A stretch of DNA of 62,153 bases, filler included. It is 4 parts of 4 records of this genome, joined end to end, with 100 filler letters (N's around TTAATTAATTAA, not from the genome) between each part and the next. Parts side by side here need not be neighbours in the genome. Positions count along the whole stretch, not along the records: positions 13,599 to 36,631 come from DRR378314_2095; 3 more parts are not named here. One strand, 5' to 3'. The first letter of the stretch is position 1; each line of letters opens with the position of its first letter. Shown one piece after another: positions 13,697-23,170 of the stretch. The notes under the pieces are model-generated. The model ran no database searches. It was not told the DNA's origin and was given only the letters and a program-made list of their open reading frames with translations. A program made the position numbers and the translations under genes.

Positions 13697-14626
13697 TTAT
13701 ATTAATCTTTTATTATGAGAGGAGAAAGCGGAATCTGATGCAATATATGCTGCTAGCTCTTCCGGCTCACTGGAGGGAAACGCTTCTTTTAGAAACTCCA
13801 GGAAAGCCGAGACACGAGCGTTGAGTAGCCGGCGTGAAGGATAGAGTGCCCACAGAGCAATTTCAGGGCCTTCGGCTTCCCCCCAACACTCGAGGCGTCC
13901 AGCCTTCAGGTCTTGACTAACCAGCGAAATTGGAAGCAGACCAGCGCCTGCACCAGCGCACACGGCGTCACGCACCATGAGCATAGACGAAAGATTAAGA
14001 ATAGGATTCACTGCCTGACGCACCTTTGTGCCCGCCGTAATTAAATCCCAGGCGTGCGCTTGCTGCCCTGCTCCTCTTACAACAACAGGAACTGGTTTAT
14101 TCTCGGAAGGACGTTTCAAACCGGGACTGGCAACCGCCACCAATCTGTCACGCATAAAAATCCGTCCGTAAAGATTTTCATCGATTTCAGGGTTCACTCG
14201 AATCACCAAGTCATAACCTTCTTCGATCATATCGACAGACCGGTCTTCAGTAGTCACTTCGAGTTGAACATCCGGGTATTTCGCGGTGAACTCAGCAGCA
14301 ATTTTGCCCATAGCAATTTGGCTGAACAGCAATGGCGCGCTAATACGCAATCGACCTACGGGACGATCTGCACCAGAAGAAAGGGAATTGAGCGTTTCAT
14401 CCAACTCTGTCAATAAAGTACGAGTTCTTTCGTAAAGCGCCATCCCCTCCTGAGTTAGCTTGAGCTTTCTAGATCCGCGCTCAAAAAGCCTAAGTTGAAG
14501 ACTGCTCTCCATCTCCGCAACTCGGCGAGACAAAGTTGCCTTCGGCCGCCCGCTAGCCCTTGCGGCCCGTCCAAATCCGCCATGACGAGCCACCAGGTTG
14601 AAATCGGCAATCGCAAGTAAATTCAT
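13697..14626 (-). CDS. LysR-family transcriptional regulator
   Basis: N-terminal HTH (F..AA......LSRRV..E..L..RLF.R), substrate-binding domain; divergent from NmrA gene. Confidence 0.93.
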   Translation of the reverse strand: MNLLAIADFNLVARHGGFGRAARASGRPKATLSRRVAEMESSLQLRLFERGSRKLKLTQEGMALYERTRTLLTELDETLNSLSSGADRPVGRLRISAPLLFSQIAMGKIAAEFTAKYPDVQLEVTTEDRSVDMIEEGYDLVIRVNPEIDENLYGRIFMRDRLVAVASPGLKRPSENKPVPVVVRGAGQQAHAWDLITAGTKVRQAVNPILNLSSMLMVRDAVCAGAGAGLLPISLVSQDLKAGRLECWGEAEGPEIALWALYPSRRLLNARVSAFLEFLKEAFPSSEPEELAAYIASDSAFSSHNKRLI

Positions 14627-14747
14627 AGTGTTCCACTATTGAGACATACAGTCCAAATATAGCATCTATCGAACTGAATTTGAAACAACTAGAGTGTAAC
14701 TCGTAGTAAGGCAATACATTATCTTTAACTTATTAGGAGCAATACTC

Positions 14748-15629
14748 ATGACTATTCTTGTAACTGGTTCTACTGGCCGTGTCGGCCAACAGGTCGTAAA
14801 TCAATTAGTTAATCGTGGCGCAAATGTACGCGTCCTCACTCGTGATCCTTCCAAAGCTAAATTCCCGGACGGCGTGGACGTCGCAAAAGGCGACTTGCTC
14901 GACATTGACTCGCTGCGCAATGCATTTAGCGGCGTCACTAGCCTGTTCCTGCTCAATGCTGTCACCGGAGACGAATTCACTCAGGCGCTCATCACCTTAA
15001 ACATAGCGCGTGAAGCGGGAATTGAACGGGTGGTGTACCTGTCCGTTTTCGAAGCAGACAAAGCTGTAAACGTACCTCATTTTGCTGTGAAGTACGGCGC
15101 CGAGCGTATGCTTGAGCAGATGGATTTCAGTGCGACTATTCTGCGTCCGGCCTACTTTATCGACAACGAGCAGATGATTAAGGATGTGATCTTCAACTAT
15201 AGCGTCTACCCCATGCCAATCGGTAGCAGGGGCATTGCCATGGTAGACGTTCGCGACATCGCCGAAGTCGCTGCAATCGAATTGATTCGTCGCGATACGG
15301 CTCCAAACAAATTGCCGACTGAAGTCATTAATATAGTTGGTCCCGATACGCTGACGGGCTCAGATGTGGCCGCGATTTGGTCGGAAGTTCTCGGCCGCAC
15401 GGTTAACTACGGCGGCGACGATCCCAGTGAATTCGAGAAGAATATGGCGACTTTCATGCCAAAATGGACAGCCTATGAAATGCGGTTAATGGCTGAGCGC
15501 TACGTCACCGACGGTATGATCCCAAAATCCGGCGATGCCGAACGCCTGACAGAAATCCTCGGCCGACCATTGCATACCTATCGCGAATTTGCAGCGACAC
15601 TTGCCAAGCAAGCAACGGCAAAGAACTGA
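14748..15629 (+). CDS. NmrA-family NAD(P)-binding oxidoreductase
   Basis: ILVTGSTGRVG Rossmann motif, H..K, TILRP, VDVRDIA. Confidence 0.9.
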   Translation: MTILVTGSTGRVGQQVVNQLVNRGANVRVLTRDPSKAKFPDGVDVAKGDLLDIDSLRNAFSGVTSLFLLNAVTGDEFTQALITLNIAREAGIERVVYLSVFEADKAVNVPHFAVKYGAERMLEQMDFSATILRPAYFIDNEQMIKDVIFNYSVYPMPIGSRGIAMVDVRDIAEVAAIELIRRDTAPNKLPTEVINIVGPDTLTGSDVAAIWSEVLGRTVNYGGDDPSEFEKNMATFMPKWTAYEMRLMAERYVTDGMIPKSGDAERLTEILGRPLHTYREFAATLAKQATAKN

Positions 15630-15743
15630 ATGCTCCAGCCCTTTATGAACCCCGATTACCAGAAAGCCCCTGTATGCTCCTTCCAAAACTGGAAGGAGCA
15701 ATATCGTAACAACGTCACTTTTTAGCTTTAAACACATGCGACG

Positions 15744-16049
15744 TTATTCGACTTTCACTTCAACTAAATTGGCCACAGGGTAAGTCAGTTGACCTACACC
15801 CATACAAACACTAAACCCTATTAACCAGTCCAATAAGTCAGGTAAATTTAGGAAAGATAAAAAGTGGTCAATTATTAGCCAGCTTGGTACTCCTAAAATG
15901 CATGTGCCTAATACGGAAGAGAGTATACTTGCCGTTAAATTCGCCCTACAAAACTCACATGAAATATAGCCGCGAGAAATAAGCGCAATTCTTTCCTTAA
16001 AGCGAATATTTCTCTCGCAGTTGGGGCAGTTGGTATCTAATAATTTCAT
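15744..16049 (-). CDS. Small membrane protein with CxxC-X19-CxxC zinc-ribbon-like N-terminus
   Basis: MKLLDTNCPNC...CEFC followed by two hydrophobic segments; ATG 9 bp after the upstream stop codon. Confidence 0.65.
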   Translation of the reverse strand: MKLLDTNCPNCERNIRFKERIALISRGYISCEFCRANLTASILSSVLGTCILGVPSWLIIDHFLSFLNLPDLLDWLIGFSVCMGVGQLTYPVANLVEVKVE

Positions 16050-16057
16050 TCTGAAAA

Positions 16058-17182
16058 TTAATCCAACTCCACCCTGTCGTCCCAAATCAGATCACCATTC
16101 AGACTATGCAAGGTCACTCGGTAATTACCGGAAGGCAGATAAAGCGGTAATTGCTCACCGGCATCGGACATCACACGGTCGGCAACGTAGCCGGTCTCGG
16201 TATTGTAAGCCTGAAGTATGACGGGCTTGCTCTCAGGCCAGTCCGCTTCATTTGGGATGTAGGCGTCACCCAGAGCCTTCCTAAAATAACCGATGTTTGT
16301 TGGCGGTGCTTTAGGTACCCGTATTTGTATATCAACATTTTGCACGCTTCCCACATTTATAATATCGCCGTCCTGCTTATATGCATAACTGGCTAGTGGA
16401 TTATTTTCATCGCCGCTGTACGGGCAGGCTGTTGTATCGATAGTCAGAGGATTAATACCATGGTCGTTTTTCAAAAAGTCACTCATTGTGCGGTATTTAC
16501 CGCCCGGGTATTTAAGTGGTGCTTCGGCTATGTGCGCCCAACCGGCAAATATCAGAAACCGGGCGTTGTCATCTGCCTGGGTTATTTGTTCTATGATATT
16601 CTCAGCTTGCTGCTTATCTCTGAATGCAAAGCCTTCAGCAAAGTCCATGTCGTCCGGCGTGCTCTTTTCTGCCTCGTACCCAAACACCTTAAAACCTAGC
16701 GCTTCGGCCTTTTGAATGAGGTTGGACATCATCGATTCTTGAAAGTAAAACTCCCTGGCTGCTTTCTCACCAGGCCCAAAAGCTTCAAAGCCCACATGTG
16801 TAAACCCTTGTTCTTTAAACCAGGGCAACCACTTGGCTACCTGCGCTCTTGAAGCCACGTTGAAGTGGTTTTCGTTCACCATAACAACCTGGTGGTCCGC
16901 AATATGCTTTTTCACTAAAGGCGTTGCTGGCACTTTTTTGGCCGAGCCATCCAGCTTGCAGTAACTATACTCAGTATATTTAGTCAGGAACTCATAGACC
17001 TTATCGGAACGACCCAGCATGGTATAAATTTGCGCTTCGTTTTGCGGGTTGCTGACGTAATCAAGTAAGGTATTAATGCGCCCCTGTTCAAAGTAAGGAG
17101 CGATATCAGAAAGAGGGTTTTCTTTTGTTTCTGCAAACACCATTAAGGGTACACACAGTAATAGCGCTAGAAAATGACGCAT
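16058..17182 (-). CDS. Exported hypothetical protein, possibly ChaN/EreA/TraB(TIKI)-fold
   Basis: Signal peptide (VFA-E); NENH, GFE, RD..QAENI, AGWAH motif order. Confidence 0.6.
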   Translation of the reverse strand: MRHFLALLLCVPLMVFAETKENPLSDIAPYFEQGRINTLLDYVSNPQNEAQIYTMLGRSDKVYEFLTKYTEYSYCKLDGSAKKVPATPLVKKHIADHQVVMVNENHFNVASRAQVAKWLPWFKEQGFTHVGFEAFGPGEKAAREFYFQESMMSNLIQKAEALGFKVFGYEAEKSTPDDMDFAEGFAFRDKQQAENIIEQITQADDNARFLIFAGWAHIAEAPLKYPGGKYRTMSDFLKNDHGINPLTIDTTACPYSGDENNPLASYAYKQDGDIINVGSVQNVDIQIRVPKAPPTNIGYFRKALGDAYIPNEADWPESKPVILQAYNTETGYVADRVMSDAGEQLPLYLPSGNYRVTLHSLNGDLIWDDRVELD

Positions 17183-17284
17183 AACACAGACCTTTGTTGT
17201 TAAGTTGTTACTAAACGATAGCCTACTGCGTTTTATTAAACAATCGGTTATTATTTATTCACGTGCACTTCGAAGGTCATCAGC

Positions 17285-18094
17285 ATGTCACACAGCAAAT
17301 TTGACGTTATACCTGCTGCCAGCTTCTCAAATATGGGGTTAGAAATGATTCCGCCGTTTCCAGGCCTCTCCAGCTGGGTTCAGTGCTTGTGGGTTACTAA
17401 CGACACGAAGAACAATTCGCGCCATGTTGAAGAAAAGCTGTATCCCGATGCTGGGTCCAGTTTAACTTTTGAAATGCGTAATACTCGGGTCAATGCACGT
17501 TATTTTCACCATACTCGAGTCGTTACTCACCGTTGGGATATATCAACAAGGTACATTAGCGTACGATTTCGCCCGGGAGGCGCGAAAGCATTGCTGGGGC
17601 TGGATATCGAGGATTCGCAGAACATCGAAATAGAGTTACTCGACACACTCTTTTCTCAACAACTCAGCTTACAGCCGTTAATGGACATGCTGCCCACTCT
17701 ATCGGTAGACCCGCAAGTACAGGCTGTACAGAACTGGTTACTGACGCTTAGTTATCGCGCTCAAGAACCGAATCGTAAATGGTCGACTTTATTGGCTCAT
17801 GCGTCCACCTACTTAATACCGCCTCAGCAACTGGCTTCACAGAACGGGTTTAGTCGACGCACACTGGAAAGGCAATTGCGCAAATACTTAGGTTTTACAC
17901 CAAATCAGCTGCACGGCTTTGCTCAAATTCGAGCCGCTCGACAATATTTGATTATGACACCGGACAGTCTCAGCGACATTGCTCTTGCCTGTGGTTACTT
18001 CGATCAAGCGCACTTTACGAATGCTTTCCGTGAGCAAACCCTGGAAACGCCACTGCAATACCGACTAAGAAAAATGTCGCAAATCTCCAATTGA
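17285..18094 (+). CDS. AraC-family regulator (DUF6597-type N-terminus)
   Basis: LYPDA, VRFRPGG, C-terminal GYFDQAHF..F....TP..Y. Confidence 0.9.
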   Translation: MSHSKFDVIPAASFSNMGLEMIPPFPGLSSWVQCLWVTNDTKNNSRHVEEKLYPDAGSSLTFEMRNTRVNARYFHHTRVVTHRWDISTRYISVRFRPGGAKALLGLDIEDSQNIEIELLDTLFSQQLSLQPLMDMLPTLSVDPQVQAVQNWLLTLSYRAQEPNRKWSTLLAHASTYLIPPQQLASQNGFSRRTLERQLRKYLGFTPNQLHGFAQIRAARQYLIMTPDSLSDIALACGYFDQAHFTNAFREQTLETPLQYRLRKMSQISN

Positions 18095-18144
18095 TAGCTA
18101 ACGAATGTTCCTAAAGTATCCAGAGTTAATCTTTGGAGGACATT

Positions 18145-18597
18145 ATGCAACACCGAATTTCACAATCTTCACTTTATAAACAATGCCCACGCCTGGTGAC
18201 TCATTTAACCGCATTAGGTGATGTATCGGAATCAGCAAAGCTCCCCCCGCAACTTCTGCATCTCGTCAAATTGCGCGCATCACAACTAAACCACTGTGGC
18301 TTTTGTCAGAAAATGCATGCTGATGAAGCCCGAGCTGATGGTGAACTCCAGTCAAGGCTAGATGTGCTCCCGGCCTGGAAAGAATTATCGTGTTTTACCG
18401 CAAAAGAGCGAGCTGCGTTGGCTTGGACCGAAGCACTAACGCTAATCAACCATGTAGAAATCACAGATGCTGTCTTTCAGTCGGTACTGGATGCTTTTGG
18501 AGAAAGTGGGTTAATTGAATTGACCACGGTCATAGTACAGATAAATAGCTGGAATCGTATTGCAGTGAGCTTCCGTTTCCAACCCGACATAAAATAA
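18145..18597 (+). CDS. Carboxymuconolactone decarboxylase/AhpD-family protein
   Basis: RASQLNHCGFC..MH, ERAALAWTE, INSWNR; GGAGG RBS before ATG 18145. Confidence 0.9.
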   Translation: MQHRISQSSLYKQCPRLVTHLTALGDVSESAKLPPQLLHLVKLRASQLNHCGFCQKMHADEARADGELQSRLDVLPAWKELSCFTAKERAALAWTEALTLINHVEITDAVFQSVLDAFGESGLIELTTVIVQINSWNRIAVSFRFQPDIK

Positions 18598-18794
18598 TGG
18601 GTCGTAGTATGAAAGCAACTTTCTTACAGCGCCTTCAAAAAAACACATTAGGTATATTGGCTAGCTTGTCGTTCTTCTTTGGAAGCATGTTATTTCTACC
18701 CACTTTCGCAAGCTATGCAACAGTAGGTGTGTGGCTCTTCATGACAGGGTCAGCGTTGATGTTTATCGATATTATTCGCCCACTAAATGATTAG
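18597..18794 (+). CDS. YrhK-like small membrane protein
   Basis: FFFGS.LF...GVWLF..GS pattern; TAATG overlap with the upstream gene. Confidence 0.7.
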   Translation: MGRSMKATFLQRLQKNTLGILASLSFFFGSMLFLPTFASYATVGVWLFMTGSALMFIDIIRPLND

Positions 18795-18901
18795 TGGGTG
18801 AATGGCTATCCGCCGAGCGCTCTCCTATGACACCAAATAAACTTTTCCCCTAAACAACAATTTCCCCTTTACCTCCACCACTCATCTCGCTTATGCTAAA
18901 T

Positions 18902-18925
18902 AGCCGTTTAGACGTCTAAACGGCT
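18902..18925. promoter_or_regulatory. Triple tandem MetJ operator (Met boxes)
   Basis: AGCCGTTT-AGACGTCT-AAACGGCT: a perfect 24-bp palindrome with a consensus AGACGTCT core, 26 bp before the receptor ATG. Confidence 0.85.
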
Positions 18926-18951
18926 TATTCGTTCATTTTGTGAGGTATTTA

Positions 18952-21564
18952 ATGAAATCAAAGTTCTTTACGTTATCAACTGTTGCCGCTGGGCTTATTG
19001 CTGCATCGGCATCCCCAGCTCTGTTAGCCAATGATGCTAGCTCCGAGTTGGAACGCATTAGTGTTACGGGTTCCTACATTAAACGGGCCCAGAATGAAGA
19101 CGCCACGCCGTTGCAAATTATTGATGCCAGCGACATATCGGCCAGCGGTGAAATTACGCTGACAGACTTACTGCGTGACTTAACGGTGAACACCGGTAAC
19201 AGTTACGACGAGCAATACACCAGCAGCTTTTCGGCGGGGTCGGCGTCGGTTGGCTTACGCGGCTTAAGCCCCAAAAATACGCTAATTCTGGTGAATGGTC
19301 AGCGGGTCTCTAACTACGGTTTTGCGCTGGGCACTCAGGACACCTTCGTTGACTTAAACGCGTTACCTTTAGGCGCGGTGGAGCGCATAGAGGTACTGAA
19401 AGACGGGGCTTCGGCGGTTTATGGCTCGGACGCTATTGCCGGGGTTATCAACATTATTCTACGCAACAACGTACAAAGCACTCAGTTCCGCGCGGGTGTC
19501 GGCGGTGCCAGCGAAGGTTCATTAACCCAATACAGCGCGGGCGTTATCAGCGGGTTTGGCGACATAGCAGACGACGGCTATAACCTGACGTTCAGCTACG
19601 ACTATCTGACCCGCGAGCGGCTAAATGCCGACGACCGCGACTTTACCCGTTCCGGAGACTTTCGCGACAAACCCGGCGGGCGCCTGGCTGGCTGGTCGTC
19701 GCAGGGCGGTAACTATTTAAGTGATCCGCAAAACCCTCAGGCTTTTGAGAATTGCCCGGGCATTTCTGAGAAAAGAGACCGAAGCGATTTTACCTCTGAT
19801 GCAGAGGGCCAGGTATGCGCTTTTAACGCCCAGCCATACAACACGCTTCAGCCGGAAGTTGAGCGGCACCAGTTCTCGCTGCAGGGCACTTTGCAGCTCA
19901 CCGACGACATACAAGCGTATAGTGACTTTCTGTACAGCAATAACCGTTCAAGCCACGTGTTTGGTGCGCCGTTAAGCGTCGGCGCCGGGCTGCGGGCTTA
20001 CAATCAGGAAACCGGCAGTTTAGACGATATTCCTGTGGAATTACCGGTCGGGCATCCGGACAACCCGGGTTCAGAGGCCTTACCTTTTGAATACACCTTT
20101 TTTGATGTGGGCGAGCGCGTAAAAGCCAATAAACAGGACTTTCGCCGCTTTCTGGCCGGTGTAAATTACCGGGGCTTAGACTGGGACTGGTCGGTCAATG
20201 TGCTGAACTCACAAAGCCGCCAGCGCGAGTACGTTGATAACTTTATTAACCGCTATACCTTTGAAGATGTGCTGGACAGCGGCGAATATGATTTTTTTAA
20301 CGGCAACAATGACCCGGCAACCATTGAAGCGTTGCGCATTGATACGCGGCGTCCGGGCTTTTACGAGCTAAACAGCATTAACGCTAATGCCAGCACCATT
20401 TTAAAAGAGCTGGATAACGGCCCGCTAAGCGTTGCCTTTGGGGTCGACTGGCGTGAAGAAGAAATGGATGCGGGAACTTCACCAGAAGTGTTATCGGGCA
20501 CCGAGCTGCGCCCGGCTATCAACCTGGTTAAAGGGAAGCGACAAGTTGCGGCAGGCTTTGTTGAGCTGGACGTTCCTGTTGTCGAGAACCTGAACGTAAA
20601 CCTGGCCGGCCGTTATGACCATTATGATGATTTTGGTTCAGCCTGGTCACCTAAAGTGGCGTTTCACTATGTTTTAGGAGACGACTGGTTGCTGCGCGGT
20701 TCCTGGTCACGCGGCTTTCGTGCGCCATCGCTTCCGGAAATCGCAGAGAGCAACACCATCAGTTATGGCTCGGTCATTGACCCGAATGACCCCATTGATC
20801 CGGGCGTGCGTCGCGGTTTTACGCAAGTGCGCACGGGTAACTCTGAGCTTGATGCCGAACGCTCAACCAACCTCAATGCCGGTATTATCTGGTCTCCGCA
20901 AAAAGGTGCCAGCATAGCTGTGGATGTATTCGAAATTGAGCAGGACGATATTATTGCCCCCGACAACGCGCAGTTCATTATCAATAATGAAGACCAGTAC
21001 GCAGACCGCATTCAGCGTGACGACGCTGGGCGACTGCAAATTATCAGCAACCAGTACCGCAACCAGGGCACCCGCTCTACCCGCGGCTTTGATATTGATG
21101 CAAACTACCAAGTGCAGCTAAGCAACTCGACGCTTCAGTTTCAAAGCACATGGTCACGGCTTTTAGAGTACGAACAGGCGTTAGTTGCGGGTCAAAACCC
21201 TATTGATGGGGCAGGAGGCAATATATTAGGTGCGCTGCCCAAGTGGAAAGGGAATAACCAGCTACGTTGGCTGGTGAGTGACTGGCAGTGGGCCGTCAGC
21301 CTTAACTACACCAGCAGCTATGAGCAGCAGGTTGCCACACAAAGCAGCAACCCGGGTTTAGATAACAAGGTTGATAGCTACTGGCAGGTTGATTCGCAGT
21401 TGGTTTATCAGGGTTTTGGTGACACTCAACTGACCTTAAACATCAGCAACCTGTTCGACGAACAGCCGCCGTTTGATCCAGCTGGTAGGGCCTACGGATA
21501 CGATATGACCCAGTACAATCTGCGCGGTCGTACAGCTAACCTGTCCATTGTTCATAATTTCTAA
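18952..21564 (+). CDS. TonB-dependent receptor (about 870 aa)
   Basis: Signal peptide, TonB box ERISVTGS, plug LRGL..NTLILVNG.R, ERIEVLKDGASAVYGSDAIAGVINII, C-terminal F; GAGG RBS before ATG 18952. Confidence 0.95.
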   Translation: MKSKFFTLSTVAAGLIAASASPALLANDASSELERISVTGSYIKRAQNEDATPLQIIDASDISASGEITLTDLLRDLTVNTGNSYDEQYTSSFSAGSASVGLRGLSPKNTLILVNGQRVSNYGFALGTQDTFVDLNALPLGAVERIEVLKDGASAVYGSDAIAGVINIILRNNVQSTQFRAGVGGASEGSLTQYSAGVISGFGDIADDGYNLTFSYDYLTRERLNADDRDFTRSGDFRDKPGGRLAGWSSQGGNYLSDPQNPQAFENCPGISEKRDRSDFTSDAEGQVCAFNAQPYNTLQPEVERHQFSLQGTLQLTDDIQAYSDFLYSNNRSSHVFGAPLSVGAGLRAYNQETGSLDDIPVELPVGHPDNPGSEALPFEYTFFDVGERVKANKQDFRRFLAGVNYRGLDWDWSVNVLNSQSRQREYVDNFINRYTFEDVLDSGEYDFFNGNNDPATIEALRIDTRRPGFYELNSINANASTILKELDNGPLSVAFGVDWREEEMDAGTSPEVLSGTELRPAINLVKGKRQVAAGFVELDVPVVENLNVNLAGRYDHYDDFGSAWSPKVAFHYVLGDDWLLRGSWSRGFRAPSLPEIAESNTISYGSVIDPNDPIDPGVRRGFTQVRTGNSELDAERSTNLNAGIIWSPQKGASIAVDVFEIEQDDIIAPDNAQFIINNEDQYADRIQRDDAGRLQIISNQYRNQGTRSTRGFDIDANYQVQLSNSTLQFQSTWSRLLEYEQALVAGQNPIDGAGGNILGALPKWKGNNQLRWLVSDWQWAVSLNYTSSYEQQVATQSSNPGLDNKVDSYWQVDSQLVYQGFGDTQLTLNISNLFDEQPPFDPAGRAYGYDMTQYNLRGRTANLSIVHNF

Positions 21565-21577
21565 CAGTTTAAAGCAG

Positions 21578-21610
21578 GCAGAGGATACGAAAAGTTTCCC
21601 TATCCTCTGC
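21578..21610. terminator. Hairpin after the TonB receptor gene
   Basis: GCAGAGGATA...TATCCTCTGC 10-bp stem. Confidence 0.5.
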
Positions 21611-21625
21611 TAGTCTATAAATGTC

Positions 21626-21652
21626 TACAGAATGTTATTTTTTGGTCGATAA
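21626..21652 (+). promoter_or_regulatory. Putative sigma28 (FliA) promoter of the chemoreceptor gene
   Basis: TACA-N15-GTCGATAA versus consensus TAAA-N15-GCCGATAA. Confidence 0.55.
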
Positions 21653-21722
21653 ACTTATAGCATCAGCTAAACACAAGCGAAGAATATTCTTCGCTTGTTT
21701 GTTATGAATAAAAGGTGAGCCT

Positions 21723-23033
21723 ATGTTTTTTGGTAAAAGGAAGCTTTTAAAGCAGCTAGAGGAGCAAAATCGAGAGTTACAAACACTTCGACAAATGCGC
21801 GCTGACTTAAAAGAAGAAATGATTTTCTTTGCTGTTAATAAAGAAGGCTATATAACGGACTCAAATCAAGCCTTTTGGGTATCACTTGGTTACGACGAGC
21901 AAGAAATCCAAAATCCTCGTTTTGACTCATTCCTGTCACCTGGCTCACTTAAGAAACCTCATTGCCAGAAAATGCTACAAGCCATAAAGTCCGGAACTCA
22001 TTGGCATGGTGCCATACAGCTAATGTCCAAATCGGGCAATGAAGTTTGGCTGCGTACGGCGTTTCAAAAGGATATCAGAACCGGTACAACGCAACTGGCA
22101 GGCTTTGCGGTGGAGCTCACCCGGACTATATCTATGTCGCGGGAAAAGGAAGACATGCTAACCGCCCTGCATCGTTCCTCCGCCATGATAGAGTTTAGCC
22201 TTGACGGAATTATTCTGGATGCAAATAAAAACTTTCTGGATGCAATGGACTACAGCCTTGACCAGATTAAAGGCGAACATCACCGTATATTCTGTAGTCA
22301 GCAGGAGGTTGCTTCAGATGACTATCGGCAATTTTGGAAAAGTCTCGCTGCCGGTAAGTTTTTCTCCGGCCGTTTTGAAAGAATTGATAGTTCAGGCAAT
22401 TCGGTCTGGCTTGAGGCAACTTACAACCCGGTTCACGATGATTCAGGCAAACTCTATAAAGTAGTTAAACTGGCTTCCGTCATTACCGAACAAGTGGAAC
22501 GCGAGGCAGCTATATCGGAAACATCGGATATTGCTTACGATATCTCAATGAAAACGGATTCGAATGCAGAGCAAGGTATTCGCGTTATTCAATCCACTAT
22601 TAAAGCAATGGACAGCCTTTCCAAGAAAATGGAGCAAGCCAGTCAGGACGTAACAAACCTGCACAGCCAGTCAGAAAAGGTATCAGAACTGGTGGATAGC
22701 ATTCAAAGTATTGCTGACCGTACTAATTTACTTGCTCTGAATGCTGCAATAGAAGCTGCAAGGGCAGGAGAACAAGGCAGAGGCTTTGCTGTTGTTGCAG
22801 ACGAAGTTCGCGAACTCGCATCAAGAACCAGTAGCGCAACGGACAAAATTATTGATGTTGTATCCAAAAATGAAGAACTGACAAAAACCGCGGTTAGACA
22901 AATTGAGTCCAGCCTCACTGAAGTGAAAAATGCGCTCACGTTATCTAACGAGGCTGGCGACGTCATGGGAGATATCCAAAGTGGTGCTAAGCAGGTAGTT
23001 GATGCGGTAAGCCAATTCAAAAGTCGGCTTTAA
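21723..23033 (+). CDS. Cytoplasmic PAS-PAS methyl-accepting chemotaxis protein (BdlA-like architecture)
   Basis: Two PAS/PAC repeats (WLEATYNPV), MCP hairpin [34 protein letters not shown], no TM segment. Confidence 0.92.
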   Translation: MFFGKRKLLKQLEEQNRELQTLRQMRADLKEEMIFFAVNKEGYITDSNQAFWVSLGYDEQEIQNPRFDSFLSPGSLKKPHCQKMLQAIKSGTHWHGAIQLMSKSGNEVWLRTAFQKDIRTGTTQLAGFAVELTRTISMSREKEDMLTALHRSSAMIEFSLDGIILDANKNFLDAMDYSLDQIKGEHHRIFCSQQEVASDDYRQFWKSLAAGKFFSGRFERIDSSGNSVWLEATYNPVHDDSGKLYKVVKLASVITEQVEREAAISETSDIAYDISMKTDSNAEQGIRVIQSTIKAMDSLSKKMEQASQDVTNLHSQSEKVSELVDSIQSIADRTNLLALNAAIEAARAGEQGRGFAVVADEVRELASRTSSATDKIIDVVSKNEELTKTAVRQIESSLTEVKNALTLSNEAGDVMGDIQSGAKQVVDAVSQFKSRL

Positions 23034-23170
23034 ATTCACCGATTCGTCGCAAGGTTTAATTGACTCTAGTGAACCTTTGAAGAAATGGCTCTCCTTTACA
23101 CTCGGCAAGTGATCTAAAGCGGCCGATTACGCTATAGTACAGGGAATCTAAATAAAGGAATCTTGCGTTT

